A DNA stretch of 64,000 nt from Paecilomyces variotii. Lineage: Eukaryota. The notes below the pieces were generated by a model, which saw nothing but the letters and a program-made list of their open reading frames with translations, was not told where the DNA came from and made no database searches. The stretch is from assembly GCA_004022145.1 (NCBI GenBank), contig RCNU01000009.1. One strand, 5' to 3'. The position numbers were made by a program, and so were the translations under genes. Position 1 is the first letter of the stretch. The number at the start of each line of letters is the position of its first letter. Shown piece after piece: positions 27,892 to 41,739 of the stretch.

Positions 27892-28802
27892 ATATTTTCT
27901 AAATTTTATAAAGATTTTAGCCTCCTTTTCTAAATAGCTAATAAGATCTTTAACTATTTTTAAGCTATTTTTTATAACTTAAACTATTATTAGAATATAA
28001 AGTATTATAATAATTAGACTAGATTAAATTTCAGATTAATAAATAATTAAATAATATAAATTTTTAATTACTAAATTTTTAATTAGATAAAAGTTTTAAA
28101 CTAATATATAGCTTAAAGATTCTAGCCTTATATTATTTATTACTAGGATAACTAGTCTAAATATCTTATAATAATTAACTTTGCAGTAGTTATATTAACT
28201 TAAGAATCTATAAATATATCTCTAGTAATAATTAAATACTAATATAAATTATAAATCTCTTTTAATTATAGCTTAATATTATAATCTAGCAGTTTACTAT
28301 TATAAGATTTATTAGTTAAAAATAATTTAATAGTTAAAAATTTATATTATTTAGTAATTTATTAATCTAAAATTTAATATCCTATTAAATAAGGCTTAGC
28401 AAACCTTACTAAAATTCTTGCCTAAATATTAACCCCTTATATCTCTACTAAATTAAGTTAGATTTAGATAGAAATTAATTTATTTTATATATCTAATTTA
28501 ACTCTATAATATATTAAAAATTTAGCTTAATCTAACTTTATTTTACTAAGATATAAGGGGATAAAGTTTTATTATTAAAAAATCCGAAATAAGAAGCGGC
28601 GCTAGCCTATTTTAATTTTTCTATTATAGCTTACTAATTAAGGTAAAATCTTTAAACCTTAATAACTTATACTACAGTAGACTAATCTAAAAAAGGAATA
28701 TATATTTATAATTCTTAGAATAAGCTCTATTAATTAGTATATAGAATAATATTAAATTCTTAAAGGGGAAGTTTACTTATATATATAATTTTGCCTTATA
28801 GA
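27892..28802 (+). repeat. 911-bp direct duplication of 23563-24473
   Basis: The two copies match at both ends with a constant offset of 4329 bp; the differences seen are mostly transitions. Confidence 0.9.
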
Positions 28803-31107
28803 ATCTCTCTATAGTTTATAAACCTTTTAAAGCTATATCTAACTAATTAAAAGTTTAGCTAATTATATTTCTCTTAAGGCAGCTTAATATAGCTAAAAAG
28901 AGATATTAGCTAATAAAAATAGAGGTAGCATATTTAATATAAGTACTATATAAAATACACTATATTATTAAAACCTATTAAAAGCTACTAATTATTTTTA
29001 TAGACTATAATACTATAATTATAATTGCTAAATAAATATCTCTTTAATTAATATCTATAAATTAGACTAACTTATACCTTATCTTAGTATTATAATATAT
29101 ATAGAGATTTAACCTTATACTTATATATAAGCTAGGATATAATAATATTATTATAAATATACTATTATATCTTAAATTACTCTCTATTAAGCTAAATACC
29201 CCTATATTAAAAGATATTAAATATTATTTAGCTATTATATTTCTTAAGACTATATATATTAATAATGTTAAAGATAAGCTATAATATAATATAACTCTTA
29301 TTAAGTTATTAGAGAAATTTAAGACTTAATTAAAGAATAGCTATAAGATTAATCTTTATTAATTTAAGGTTCTTATTATATTATAGAATAATATAAACTC
29401 TATATATTTTTCTTTTATAATTTATAATAAACTTCTTTATATAGTTAATACTAATAATATATAATATCTCTGCGTATTATAGTTAGTTCTTAAGGATATT
29501 CTTAAAATAGCTTATAATAATATAGAATACTCTAGGTATTACTAGATAATTACTAATATTTATAATTTTATAATCTATAGACTTATAAAATAAGTTAAAG
29601 TATATATTAAATATTACTATTTATACTAGATAAACTAAATATATTATTATATATCTTATAGTAGCTATTAGCTTATTTTTATATTAAATATTTCTTTTTA
29701 TATAATTATTATAGACTTTATTATAAGATTACTAAATATAGGGCTATATAATTAAATCTTAATTATTACTTATAAATTTATAAAGCAAATTATATTTATA
29801 TTAGGGCAAGATATATAGATAGCTAAAGACTAAGTATTAATATTATTTAAATAACTCTAGATTAATAATTAAGGTATTTTATTAATAATTCTATTAAATT
29901 ATAATTTAAAGTTTCTATTAAAACTATAAAAAGGCCTATTTAAGTATTTTAATATTAAGTTACTCTATTTAATAATATATTACCTATAAACTAATAGCTA
30001 GTTAGAGTAAACTAATTAGATAGCTAAGATTACTCTATAATATTATTTAGCTGCTTTAAAAGATATTATAGCTTAGCTTAAAATACTGCTATTAATATAA
30101 CTAGTATTAAATTTTAGCCTATTATTTATTATAATAAGATCTCTATATAATTTAATATATAGTACTTAATTAGGCAATGCTATAAACCTCTATAATAGGG
30201 AAATTTAAGACTTTACCTTATAATTTAATATATATAAAGTACTTTACTTAGCTATTATAAATACTAAACGCGCCTATAATAAAAATTACTAGCTAATTTA
30301 TTTTACCCCCGGTAATAAGGTTTTGCTAAAATTATATTATAAATATAATATCTCTAGTATAGCTATTCTTAGAAGAAAGTTATTAGTATAATATATAGAA
30401 CTGCTTATAGTTAAGCAGAGGATTAAATATTTTATATACTAGCTAGATATCTTAGCTTATTAAAAATACTATAATATCTTCTCTATTATTTATCTAGAGC
30501 TATATTATATAAATAATCCTTTTAAATATTCTATATTATCTAATAATATTCTGCTATTATATATTAATATAAAGGATACTAGTATTAGTTATTATAAGAT
30601 TAAGATACTACTTAACTATTATATCTAGCGAGTTTAAGATAAGACTATTATTAAGTATCTAGTTTACTAGAAGAGATATAGTGCTTATTATAATATATAG
30701 TATTATCTTAAGGACTTAGCTAATGCTTAAGAATTTATTTAAGAATATAACTAGTATTTTAGACTATTAGCTAAACTATAGAAGCGCGGGCGACCCTATA
30801 AATAATATTAATTACTATAAACTAGGCGTAAAAGGAGATAAACTATAAAAATATTTAACTATATCTTATACTATATCTGTATATATATTTCTATACTCTG
30901 TTATTAAGAATAATAATATTTTTCTTAAAGAGGGTATACTGATATAGATACAGGTATATAATACTATCTTAGCGTCGCCTGCCTGCTACCTTAGTAAAGT
31001 ATAAAGATATAAGCTTTATATAAAAGCCTCAGGCAATAATTAGCTATATAGTTACTTTCTTACGTAGCTAATAGAAGAATAACTTCTTTATTCCTTATAC
31101 TGTATTA
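28803..31107 (+). mobile_element. Ty3/Gypsy chromovirus family A, copy 1: RNase H, integrase, chromodomain, PPT, 3' LTR (30940-31107)
   Basis: De-RIPped motifs FLSRQL..AEKRYWPTE, SDRDPKF, STAYHPQTDGQSERTNQ and KYLVHWKGY. PPT AAAGAGGG, then LTR TGATATAG...CTGTATTA. Confidence 0.9.
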
Positions 31108-32194
31108 CTAGTAGAAGTTATATAAATTTAGAGATATTTTAGATCCTTTAATTAGGTTAAATCTTAAAGGCGCCTTAGCTTATATATTTATACTAATATT
31201 AAGTATACTATTATTAGGCCTCCCTATATACTATATATTATATAGTTTTAATTTTTTAAACTCTTTTATTAATTAATTAATCTATAATTACTTTATTAAC
31301 TTTACTTTAATACTTTATTATTTAATCCTATTCTTATTCTTATTTAAACAGGTTTTATTAGATTTAATAAGAAGTTATATATTATTTTTTTTAGTTATTT
31401 TCTCCTTTATTAAAGTTATTATATCTTAATCTTTCTCTAGTTTATTATTATTAAGGTAATAAAGGGTTTTAATTATTTTTACTCTATCTATTACCTCTTT
31501 ATAAAAATTAATATATTTAATAATAGATAGAATATAATAGTCTATATTTAATTCTTAAACTATCTATTACTTAAGCTTCTTTAAAAGTCCTTAAAAATAT
31601 TAAACTCCCTATAAATATTAGCTTAATTTATCTAAAGTTATTAGCGCTTTTAATATAGCTTAATATTTTTAATTATACTCCTTTAAGTCTTTAAAGCTAT
31701 TATATTTTATATTTTTAAACCTTTTTAGTTATTAAATATTATATTTCCTTTAATATTTATTATAGTAAATATACTCTTATTTAATTATTTCTGCTAATTT
31801 TAAGTAGTTCTTCTCTTTATATTTAGGTTAAATATTTATTTAAAATAATATTAATAGGCTATAATAATCTATAAACTATTTAATTTTTCTTTTTCTAAAA
31901 GTTAATTTACCTTATATAATCTCTTAAAAAGCCTTAAATAATAAGTAATATTATTCCCTTTAAAATATAGTGCCTTAAGATTTCTAGGTATTAGCATTTA
32001 TAAAGCTAATATAACCTAGATTAGCTATATTATTAATAATCTTATATTTTTAAATATTTAAGCTATTTATATCTCTAGACTTAGTAATATTAAGAAGCTA
32101 AGAGTCTTTCTATCTTAATTAATATTAAAAAAATTAGTACTTTTCTTTATATTTTTTTAAAGGAATAGTAATAAAAATAATAATAAGAAATTCT

Positions 32195-35100
32195 TATTAA
32201 GGTATAGGCTTAGGAAGTAAGTTAGAATAAATAGAATAAGGTAGTTAATACTAAGACTAGCTACAGGATCTCTATTTAGCTAATTTAAACTAGAATAGGC
32301 TATTGCAGGCAGGCTTAATAAATAAGATATAGCTTAAGGAATTTAAATTCAGATTAAGCTATATACTAAAGATATCTTTATAAGATTATATAACTTCTTA
32401 TATAATCCCCTATACTAGTATTATAATAGTATTCCCCTCTTTAAGATTAAGCTCTATTAAGACTATTTTTAAGCTTTAGCTTATTTAAGTAGTAATAATA
32501 GAAGTTTATAATAATTTTTTAGGTATATTATAGGTAATATATAGGCTCTTTAGTTAGATTATTATAACCTAACTATTTAATAGTATATTATAGTTAGGGG
32601 CTTTTATACTTATAATATTCTTATTAAGAGTCTAAAATATTTTTAATAACTTATTTCTTAAGGCTATTAACTTTAACGGGCAGTAGTAAAGATTATCTTT
32701 ATCTAAGTATAAGGTCTTTAGCAATAGAATAAAGCAGGCTAATATTAAATATAAGATAGATATATATTAAGGTAAATAAGTTAAGCTAATAGGTATATAG
32801 GCTAATAACCTTAATAATATAAAATAAGCTAAAATTCTTCTAATTAAATTTCTTCTAGGGGTATTAAATATAAATATTCTAAGTATCTAATTAAATAGAC
32901 TATTCTATATAATAATAGCGGGCTAAAGTTTAGTAATAATTAGTTTACTCTTTATAATAAGCTTAGGCAGCGCAGATCTAGGTATAGATATAATTTATAA
33001 TATCTTATATCTTTTTAATAAAGGCTTTAGCATCTTTAATAATAGGCTAATTTATAGGCTAAATAGATTTAAATCCTATATATAGATAGAACCTATAATT
33101 AGTAAAAAAAGATAATACTTTAATAGTTTTAAAATAATAGGAGTTTAATATAAATTTAGCTAAAGATAGTTAGTTAACCTAGTTATCTTATAGATAGCTA
33201 ATATAGATGCGTAAATATTATTTTAAAATAGTATTTATTCTCTTAATCTAATTATTAGTCTTAGGATAATAGGTAATAAATAGCAGGTTTATAATATTTA
33301 AATATTAGGTTAAGTATTTCTAAAAAGTAGTAATAAACTAAAGGCCTTAATTAAATACTATAGTCTTTAGTAGCCTATAAAGCTTCTATATATAATAAAT
33401 ATATAATTATACTACTCCTTTAATATTATAAATAGCTTAATAGAGAATAAAATATTTTATTTTTATAAGTTAGTTTATAGTAACTAATATAATATTATAA
33501 TCTTAATAAGGTATAAGTCTAATAATAAAATCTATTAAGATATCTTATTAAAAGTATTTAGGGATAAAAAACTAGTATAAGACTTTTTAATAGCCTTTAT
33601 TTAAGAGTATAATATAATAGCAGATATAGCAATTCTGGGTTTAATAATCTATATATTAGTATATATTTAGCTAATAATACTTTTATAAGATTAGGTTATA
33701 AAGCTTATATTTTCTAAAGTATTTAAATATATACTTATTATAATATTCTTATAATAGGTAGGCTCTTAGCTTATTATAATTAGGAATATATAGGCAGTCT
33801 TTATAATATAGATATTTTCCTTTTTATTAATAATTAGCTAGTATAATCTTAGGGTATTAATTAGTTTTATAATCTAAGGCTTATAGAATAGACTATATTA
33901 AGTTATTAAATAAATAAGCTATATTTAGTAAGTCTTTAATACTAAGCAGGTATTTTAGTTTATTAGGTATAGTAAAGGGACTTAATTAGTCTTATTTAAT
34001 AGACTAGGCTATTTTTTTAATAGGCTAAATAATTTCTTTAGTAGACTAAATTATCTTCTTAATAGATTAAATAATCTTAATAGACTAATTAAGCAGTAAG
34101 GTAAACTAAACAGATTCTCTAAGCTAAATAAGTTAATTTTTTAAAATAGGTTAAATAAGTATTTCTATAAGTTTAGCAGGATTTCTAACCTTTTAAGCTA
34201 TTAGATTAGCAAAGTAAATATATCTTATTATTTAACTCCTAATAATAGCTTTTAATTTTAGGGATCTCTAAATCTATAGGTTAAGATTCTTTTTTTTTAA
34301 GACTATTTAGCTCTAATACTATAGCTATTTATCCCCCTTTTTAAGGAGATTCTCTAACCTCCTAGTTAAAGTATTAGGCTTTATTCCTTACTTTCTAAGT
34401 TAGTATATAATTTAGAAGTTAAACTAGGATAAGAATTTAGATTAATAGGCCTATTACTAGTTTAATAGCTTAATTAATATAAAGTATTTTAAATTATAAT
34501 AGTCTATAATAACTTTAATTAGTAATAATATATCTTTAAGCTTAAGGCGCTATTTCTTAAAGCAGCGGATAATTACTAATAGCTCTTTATTATAAATCTT
34601 ATAATTATATTTTATAATAAAGAGCTTTTTTAAGAAAAATATAATAAGATATAAGATTCTTTTATTATTATATTAGGATATAACTTTAGCTAATATATAG
34701 TTAAATAAGTTAGTTTTAACTATAATCTTATAGGTCTAGTTAAATAGTTTTAAGATTAAGGCTTAAATAAATATTTCTTTTAGGGCTTTAAAACTAGATT
34801 AATAGGTAAATATTTAATTAAAGAGAACTCTTTTTTAGGTTAAGTTTATAAGCGGTATAATTATCTTAGAAAAGTTATAAATAAACTAATAATAAAAGTT
34901 GCTAAACCTAATAAAGGCTTATATATTAATTATATAGGTTAGAGTCTTCTATTTAGCAATTGTTTTTATCTTATTTAAGTCTATCTTAATATAGTCCTAG
35001 CTAATAATAATGCCTAAAAACTTAATCTTAGAGATAATAAACTTATACTTCTAGATCTTTATATATAGGCCTGCTTTATATAGCTTTTATAAGATAATAT

Positions 35101-38098
35101 AAATATATTAAATATATTTAGAATAGATTATACTATATATTAAGATATTGTTAAGGTATATAGTATAAAAGATATTAAGATAATCTTATAAGATATTATT
35201 AATAAATTATTAAAATATTACTAGTGCTTTTATTAAGCTAAATAGTATTATTAATAATTTAAATAGGCTAAGTTAGATATAGAAAGTAGTTAGGTATTTT
35301 TATCCTTTCTTAATATAGAGATTATTAAATATAGAAATAATATTAATCTTTATAAAGTATTTTATTCCTTTTAAGTTATTTAAAGTCTTCTTAATTAAAA
35401 GTAGAGAATATTAGTCTTTAATAATTATTATATTTAGGGCTTAGTAATCTATATAAATCTATATCCCTTTATTAGGCTTCTTAATAAATAGAATTAAGAA
35501 TATAATAGGCAATAAGCTTAAGCAGATAAATTCTTTTCTTAAGTTTTTTTTAATTTATTCCTTTAAAACCTTTAATTTATCCTAAGATATAGTATATAAA
35601 GGTTTAAAGAGAAGTAACTTCTCCTCTAGCAGCTTAATATTATAGTTATAAAAATAATATAATAATAGGTATTTAGCCTTCTTAGGAAAAAAGATATTAA
35701 TATAATTCTTAAACTCTTTAAGTAATAAGTAAGCAGGGTTTTTTTCTTAGACTTATTTAATCCTTAAAATAGTATTTAGGTTTTTTAAGATAATTATAAA
35801 TATTTAAATATTTTTTTAGGTATAGGCAGAATAGGCGGCTAAAGAAATAAAGGCTATATTTCTCTTTTCTAGTTCTTTAAATCTTAGGGGCAAATATTAG
35901 GGCGAAGCCTTTAGGGGAATATTATATAGAGTAAGTATTTTAGTTAGCTTTAGGGGTATATTATAATTCTTTTAATAATAATTATTATTAAAAGTAATAT
36001 TATAGGCGGTAAATTATAAGTATAAATTATAGCACTTTAATTAAGAAAGTCCTAAAATAATAGAATAATATACTAGTTAAATAATATAAAACTTAGTATC
36101 TTTCTTAAAATAATCTTTAATTCTTATATTTATCTAGATATAGTATATAATCTTCTTATTCTCTAATTCTCTTCTATTAAATATATATAGGGTAATTAGG
36201 CTTTTTAGGGGGATAGGCTTTAATTTTTAATTTTTAGCCTATTCTTAATCTATAAATCTTTATCTTTTAGCTTTAATATTAAGTAGGGTATAAATTAATA
36301 GGCAAATCTTCTTCTTCTTCTTTTCTAATATTATAAATAGTATTATTAATTTTAATTATTATAGGTATTTCTTAAGATTAATTTTATAAATAGTAATAGT
36401 AGAGATTTAAATAATATATAGTTCTTAAGCCTAGCTATAACTTACTTTAAGCTTATTCTTTTTATTAAAGACTAGCTGGGGAATAAATTATATAAGTTTA
36501 AAAATTAAATTGCCTAGAGAGTTTAAGGATAGGATTTATATATAACTATAGTCTAAATCTTTTAGCGGTTATTTAGGTATAGATAATCTTTAATATAATA
36601 TTCTAGGGAGCTATAATAAAAACAGGCGCTAATTTTATAATATAATAGGCTGTATTCTTTTCTGCCCGGGCGTTTAAAAATATTTAGGTTTATTAAGTTA
36701 TATAGTTATATTAGGGCTAATTTACTCTTTTATATAGGGCTTCTCTAAGGCTAATTATTATATTTTATAGCTAGGGCAAGACTTAAAGTAAATAAAAAGG
36801 ACTAGGTATATTAAATAGGTTTTAAAATAGTAGTATAAGTCTTTATAATAGAGGGCTAGTTTATAATATATTAATAATAATAATTCTTAAGATCTTGCAG
36901 GAATTTAGTAAATTAATAATATTTATAACTTAAGGGCTAATTATATAATAATATTCTTTAAAGTTCTTAACTAATAGCTTACTTAAGTAGGGTAAATAAT
37001 ATTCTTTTAAGTATTTCTCCTTCTAGTATTAAATACTAAAACTTAATAAAAAAGATTTTAAATTCTTTATTAATTTAATAGAGGTTAAACAATTTATTAT
37101 ATATATTGTTTATATAATTAAGATTACTAAATATATACTTTAAAATATTTAGAATCTCTTAGTAATTGCTAAGAATATAAGTCCTATCTCTAATATATAG
37201 TAATATTTAGGTATAGGGCGTATTTTTTAAGCAGTTAATTATATAAGCTATATAGCTCTAGGGAATTAGGAATTAATCTTAATTAATTATTATCTTCTCT
37301 TAAATCTAGGCTATAAAATACTAAAGATTCTTTTAATTACTTTTAAACTTATTTAAATTAGGGAGTTTTTTTAAAAATCTAGAGATAAAGAAAAATATAG
37401 TAATAGGTACTTTAGATACTTCTACTAAAATAGCTATAGGTCTCTTAATATTAGGCTTAAGTTTAAATATAAATAAAGGTATATTTATAATAGGTGTAAT
37501 TATATAGTAAGCTTAATCTCTTTTAAAGATAGCCTAGATATATTACTATTCTTTTTTTTAGAGCTAAGTCTTTTAATATTATTAGATAGCCTTAAGTTTA
37601 GTAACTTCTTATTTAAGTCTTTATTAAATAGCAGCAAATTCTTATTAAAGCTTTTAAAAGTATACCTTAGTCTAATAATTTGTCTTATTTATAGTAGTCT
37701 TAGCTTTATTAATATATTTATATACTAGGCAATAATAATTATACTATTCCGGCCTATAGCTAGTAATAATATGCTTAATAAACTCTCCTAGAATTATTAG
37801 CAGGAATAGGGGAATTAAGGCAAATATTATTAATAATATTAACTCCTAGATAGGAGCTATATAATATTAAAATATAGACTCAGGAAGCAGGTTAGAATAA
37901 ATAGAATAAGGTAGTTAATACTAAGACTAGCTATAGGATCTTTATCTAGCTAATTTAGATTAGAATAAGCTATTACAGGCAGGCTTAGTAAATAAGATAT
38001 AGCTTAAGGAACTTAAATTTAGATTAAGCTATACGCTAAAGATATCTTTATAAGATTATATAACTCCTTATATAATCCCCTATGCTGGCACTATAATA
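32195..38098 (-). mobile_element. Full-length Ty3/Gypsy family B, copy 2 (5.9 kb) with two 234-bp LTRs and a 5-bp TSD ATTCT
   Basis: LTRs at 32195-32428 and 37865-38098. ATTCT at 32190-32194 and 38099-38103. PPT (AAAGAGGGGAA on the minus strand) at ~32432-32443. RIPped gag-pol with the RT YLDD-equivalent at ~35135-35160. Confidence 0.95.
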
Positions 38099-38789
38099 AT
38101 TCTTCTATTTTTTAATAAATAGCTCTTACTTAATAATTTCTTATTCCTTCTAAATTTCTGCTTTTCTTTTATATTTATTAAGCTCTTCTTTATATTTAAT
38201 AATCCTTTCTTTCTCTTATTATTAATATATATTTTTATTCTATATTATATTTATTATCTCTACTAATTTAAGAGATATATTTATCTCTTTTTATTTATAA
38301 TAATAATCTTCCTTAGCTATTTTATTTATTTTTTTATTACTTCTTATCTTTTTCTTTAATTTTAATCTTAACCTTAGCTTTTAGTTCTTCTTTCTCCCTT
38401 ATTTTTATTTAATATTTTAATATCCCCTATATTTAGCTCTAATTTATTATAGGAAAATATATTAAGACTTAGTATAAAGTCCTTGAGCAAATAAGTATTA
38501 AGAAGAAAGAGAAGAATATTTAGCTTTAAAGCTTAGAGTAGAGCTAAAAAAAAAGCTCTAGCTATAAACTAATATAATAAACTAATAATAATCTAATATT
38601 AAACTAATACTAAATAATAATAGAAAAAAAAAGCTAATTATTTTATTTTAAATAACTAAAAGAGTATTATCTCCTTACTATTCTTCTTCCTCTCCTGCTT
38701 TACTTATAGACTTTTTAAAGACTTTAAATAAAAGCATATAATCTCTTAACTAATTACATTCTTTATACTAATCCTCCTTATTATACTAA

Positions 38790-41739
38790 TACTTTTATTA
38801 AGCTAAATAATATTACTAATAATTTAAATAAGCTAAGTTAGATATAGAAGGTAGTTAAATATTCTTATTCTTTCTTAATATAAAGGTTATTAAATACAGA
38901 AATAATATTAATCTTTATAAAATATTTTATTTCTTTTAAGTTATTTAGAGTCTTCTTAATTAAAGGTAGAAGGTATTAATTTTTAATAATTATTATATTT
39001 AAGGCTTAGTAATCTATATAAATCTATATCCCTCTACTAAGCTTCTTAATAAATAGAATTAAAGATATAATAGGTAATAAGCTTAAGCAGATAAATCTCT
39101 TCTTTAAGTTTTTTTTAATCTATTCCTTTAAAATCTTTAATTTATCTTAAGATATAATATATAAGAATTTAAAAAGAAGTAACTTCTTCTCTAATAGCTT
39201 AATATTATAATTATAAAAATAATATAATAATAAGCGCTTAGCCTCTTTAAGAAAAAAGATATTAATATAATTTTTAAACTTTTTAAGTAGTAAATAGGCA
39301 GAGTTTTCTTCTTAGACTTATTTAATTCTTAAAGCAATATCTAGGTCCTTTAAAATAATTATAAATATTTAAATATTTTTTTAGGTATAGGTAAAATAGG
39401 CGGCTAAAAAAATAAAGGCTATATTTCTCTTTTTTAGTCCTCTAAGTCTTAAGAGCAGGTATTAAAGTAAAGCCTTTAAGGGAATATTATATAGAGTAAA
39501 TATCTTAATTAATTTTAAGAGTATATTATAATTCTTTTAATAATAATTATTATTAAAAATAATATTATAGACAGTAAATTATAAATATAGATTATAGCAC
39601 TTTAATTAAAAGAGTTTTAAAATAATAGAATAGTATATTAGTTAAATAATATAGAACTTAGTATCTTTCTTAAAATAATCCTTAATTCTTATATTTATCT
39701 AGATATAGTATATAATCTTCCTATTCTCTAATTCTCTTCTATTAAATATATATAAAATAATTAAGCTCTTTAGAGAAATAGGCTCTAATTTCTAATCTTT
39801 AGCTTATTCTTAATTTATAAATCTTTATCCTTTAGCTTTAATATTAAGCAGGGTATAAATTAATAAATAAATCTTCTTCTTCTTCCTTTTTAATATTATA
39901 GGCAGTATTATTAATTTTAATTATTATAAATATTTTTTAAGGTTAATTCTATAAACAGTAATAGTAAAAATTTAAATAATATATAATTCTTAAACCTAGC
40001 TATAATTTACTCTAAGCTTATTTCTTTTATTAAAGACTAGCTAGGGGATAGATTATATAAGTTTAAAAACTAAATTACCTAAGAAGTTTAAGAATAAGAT
40101 TTATATATAGCTATAATCTAGATCTTCTAGTAATTATTTAAATATAAGTAGTCTCTAATATAATATTTTAGAGAGCTATAGTAGAAGCAGGCGCTAGTTT
40201 TATAATATAATAAGCTATATTCTCTCCCGCCCGGGTATTTAAAAATATTTAAATTTATTAAATTATATAGCTATATTAGGGCTAGTTTACTCTTTTATAT
40301 AGGGCTTCTTTAAGACTAATTATTATACTTTATAGTCGGGGCAGGTTTTAAAATAAGTAAGAGAGATTAAATATACTAAATAGGTTTTAAAATAGTAATA
40401 TAAATCTTTATAATAAAAGGTTAGTTTATAATATACTAATAATAATAGTTCTTAAGATCTTATAAGAATTTAATAAATTAATAATATTTATAACTTAGGG
40501 GTTAATTATATAATAATATTCTTTAAAGTTCTTAATTAATAGCTTACTTAAATAAAATAAATAATATTTTTTTAGGTATTTCTTCTTTTAATACTAGGTA
40601 CTAGAACTTAATAAAAAAGATTTTAAATTTTTTATTAATCTAATAGAGATTAAATAATTTATTATATATATTATTTATATAATTAAGATTATTAAACATA
40701 TATTTTAAGATATTTAAAATCTTTTAGTAGTTATTAAAAATATAAGTCTTATCTCTAATATATAGTAATACTTAGGTATAAAGCATATCTTTTAAATAAT
40801 TAATTATATAAGCTATATAGCTCTAGGAAGTTAAGAATTAATCTTAATTAATTATTATCTTTTCTTAAATTTAGGTTATAAAGTATTAAAGATCTTTTTA
40901 ATTACCTTTAAATTTATCTAGATTAAAAAATCTCTTTAAAAATCTAAGAGTAGAGAAAAATATAATAATAAATATTTTAAATATTTTTATTAAAGTAGCT
41001 ATAAGTCTCTTAATATTAAGCTTAGATTTAAATATAAATATAAATATATTTATAGTAGAGATAGCTATATAATAAGCTTAATCTCTTTTAAAAATAGCCT
41101 AAATATATTATTATTTCTTTTTACTAAGCTATATCTCTTAATATTATTAAATAGCCTTAAGATTAGTATTTTCTTATTTAAGCCTTTATTATATAGCTGC
41201 AAACTCTTACTAAAGTTTTTAAAACTTTACCTTAATTTATTTAATATATTAGCTAGCTTTATTTATAGATAACTTAGCCCTAGTAATATATTTATATATT
41301 AGGTAATAATAATTATATTATTTTAGCCTATAGCTAATAATAATATATTTAATAAACTTCTTTAAAATAGTTAGCAGGAATAAAGAAATTAAGATAAATA
41401 TTATTAATAATATTAACTCTTAAGTAAGAAGCTATATAATATTAAGATATAGGCTTAAGGAGTAGGTTAGAATAAATAAAATAAGATAGTTAATACTAAG
41501 ACTAGCTATAAGATCTCTATTTAGCTAATTTAGACTAAAATAAGCTATTATAAGCAGGCTTAATAAATAAGATATAACTTAAGAAGCTTAAATTTAAATT
41601 AAGCTATGCGCTAAAAATATCTTTATAAAGTTATATAACTCCTTATATAATCTAGAAGAGTATAGTTCTTACTCTTTTAAATTAAGTAAGTATTAGCTAG
41701 CGGGTTAATTATTTTATCCCCTATACTAGTACTATAATA
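38790..41739 (-). mobile_element. Ty3/Gypsy family B, copy 3: 5' LTR (41440-41739), gag, protease, partial RT
   Basis: Colinear with 35225-38098. It has a longer LTR and a diverged gag N-terminus (subfamily). Confidence 0.9.
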
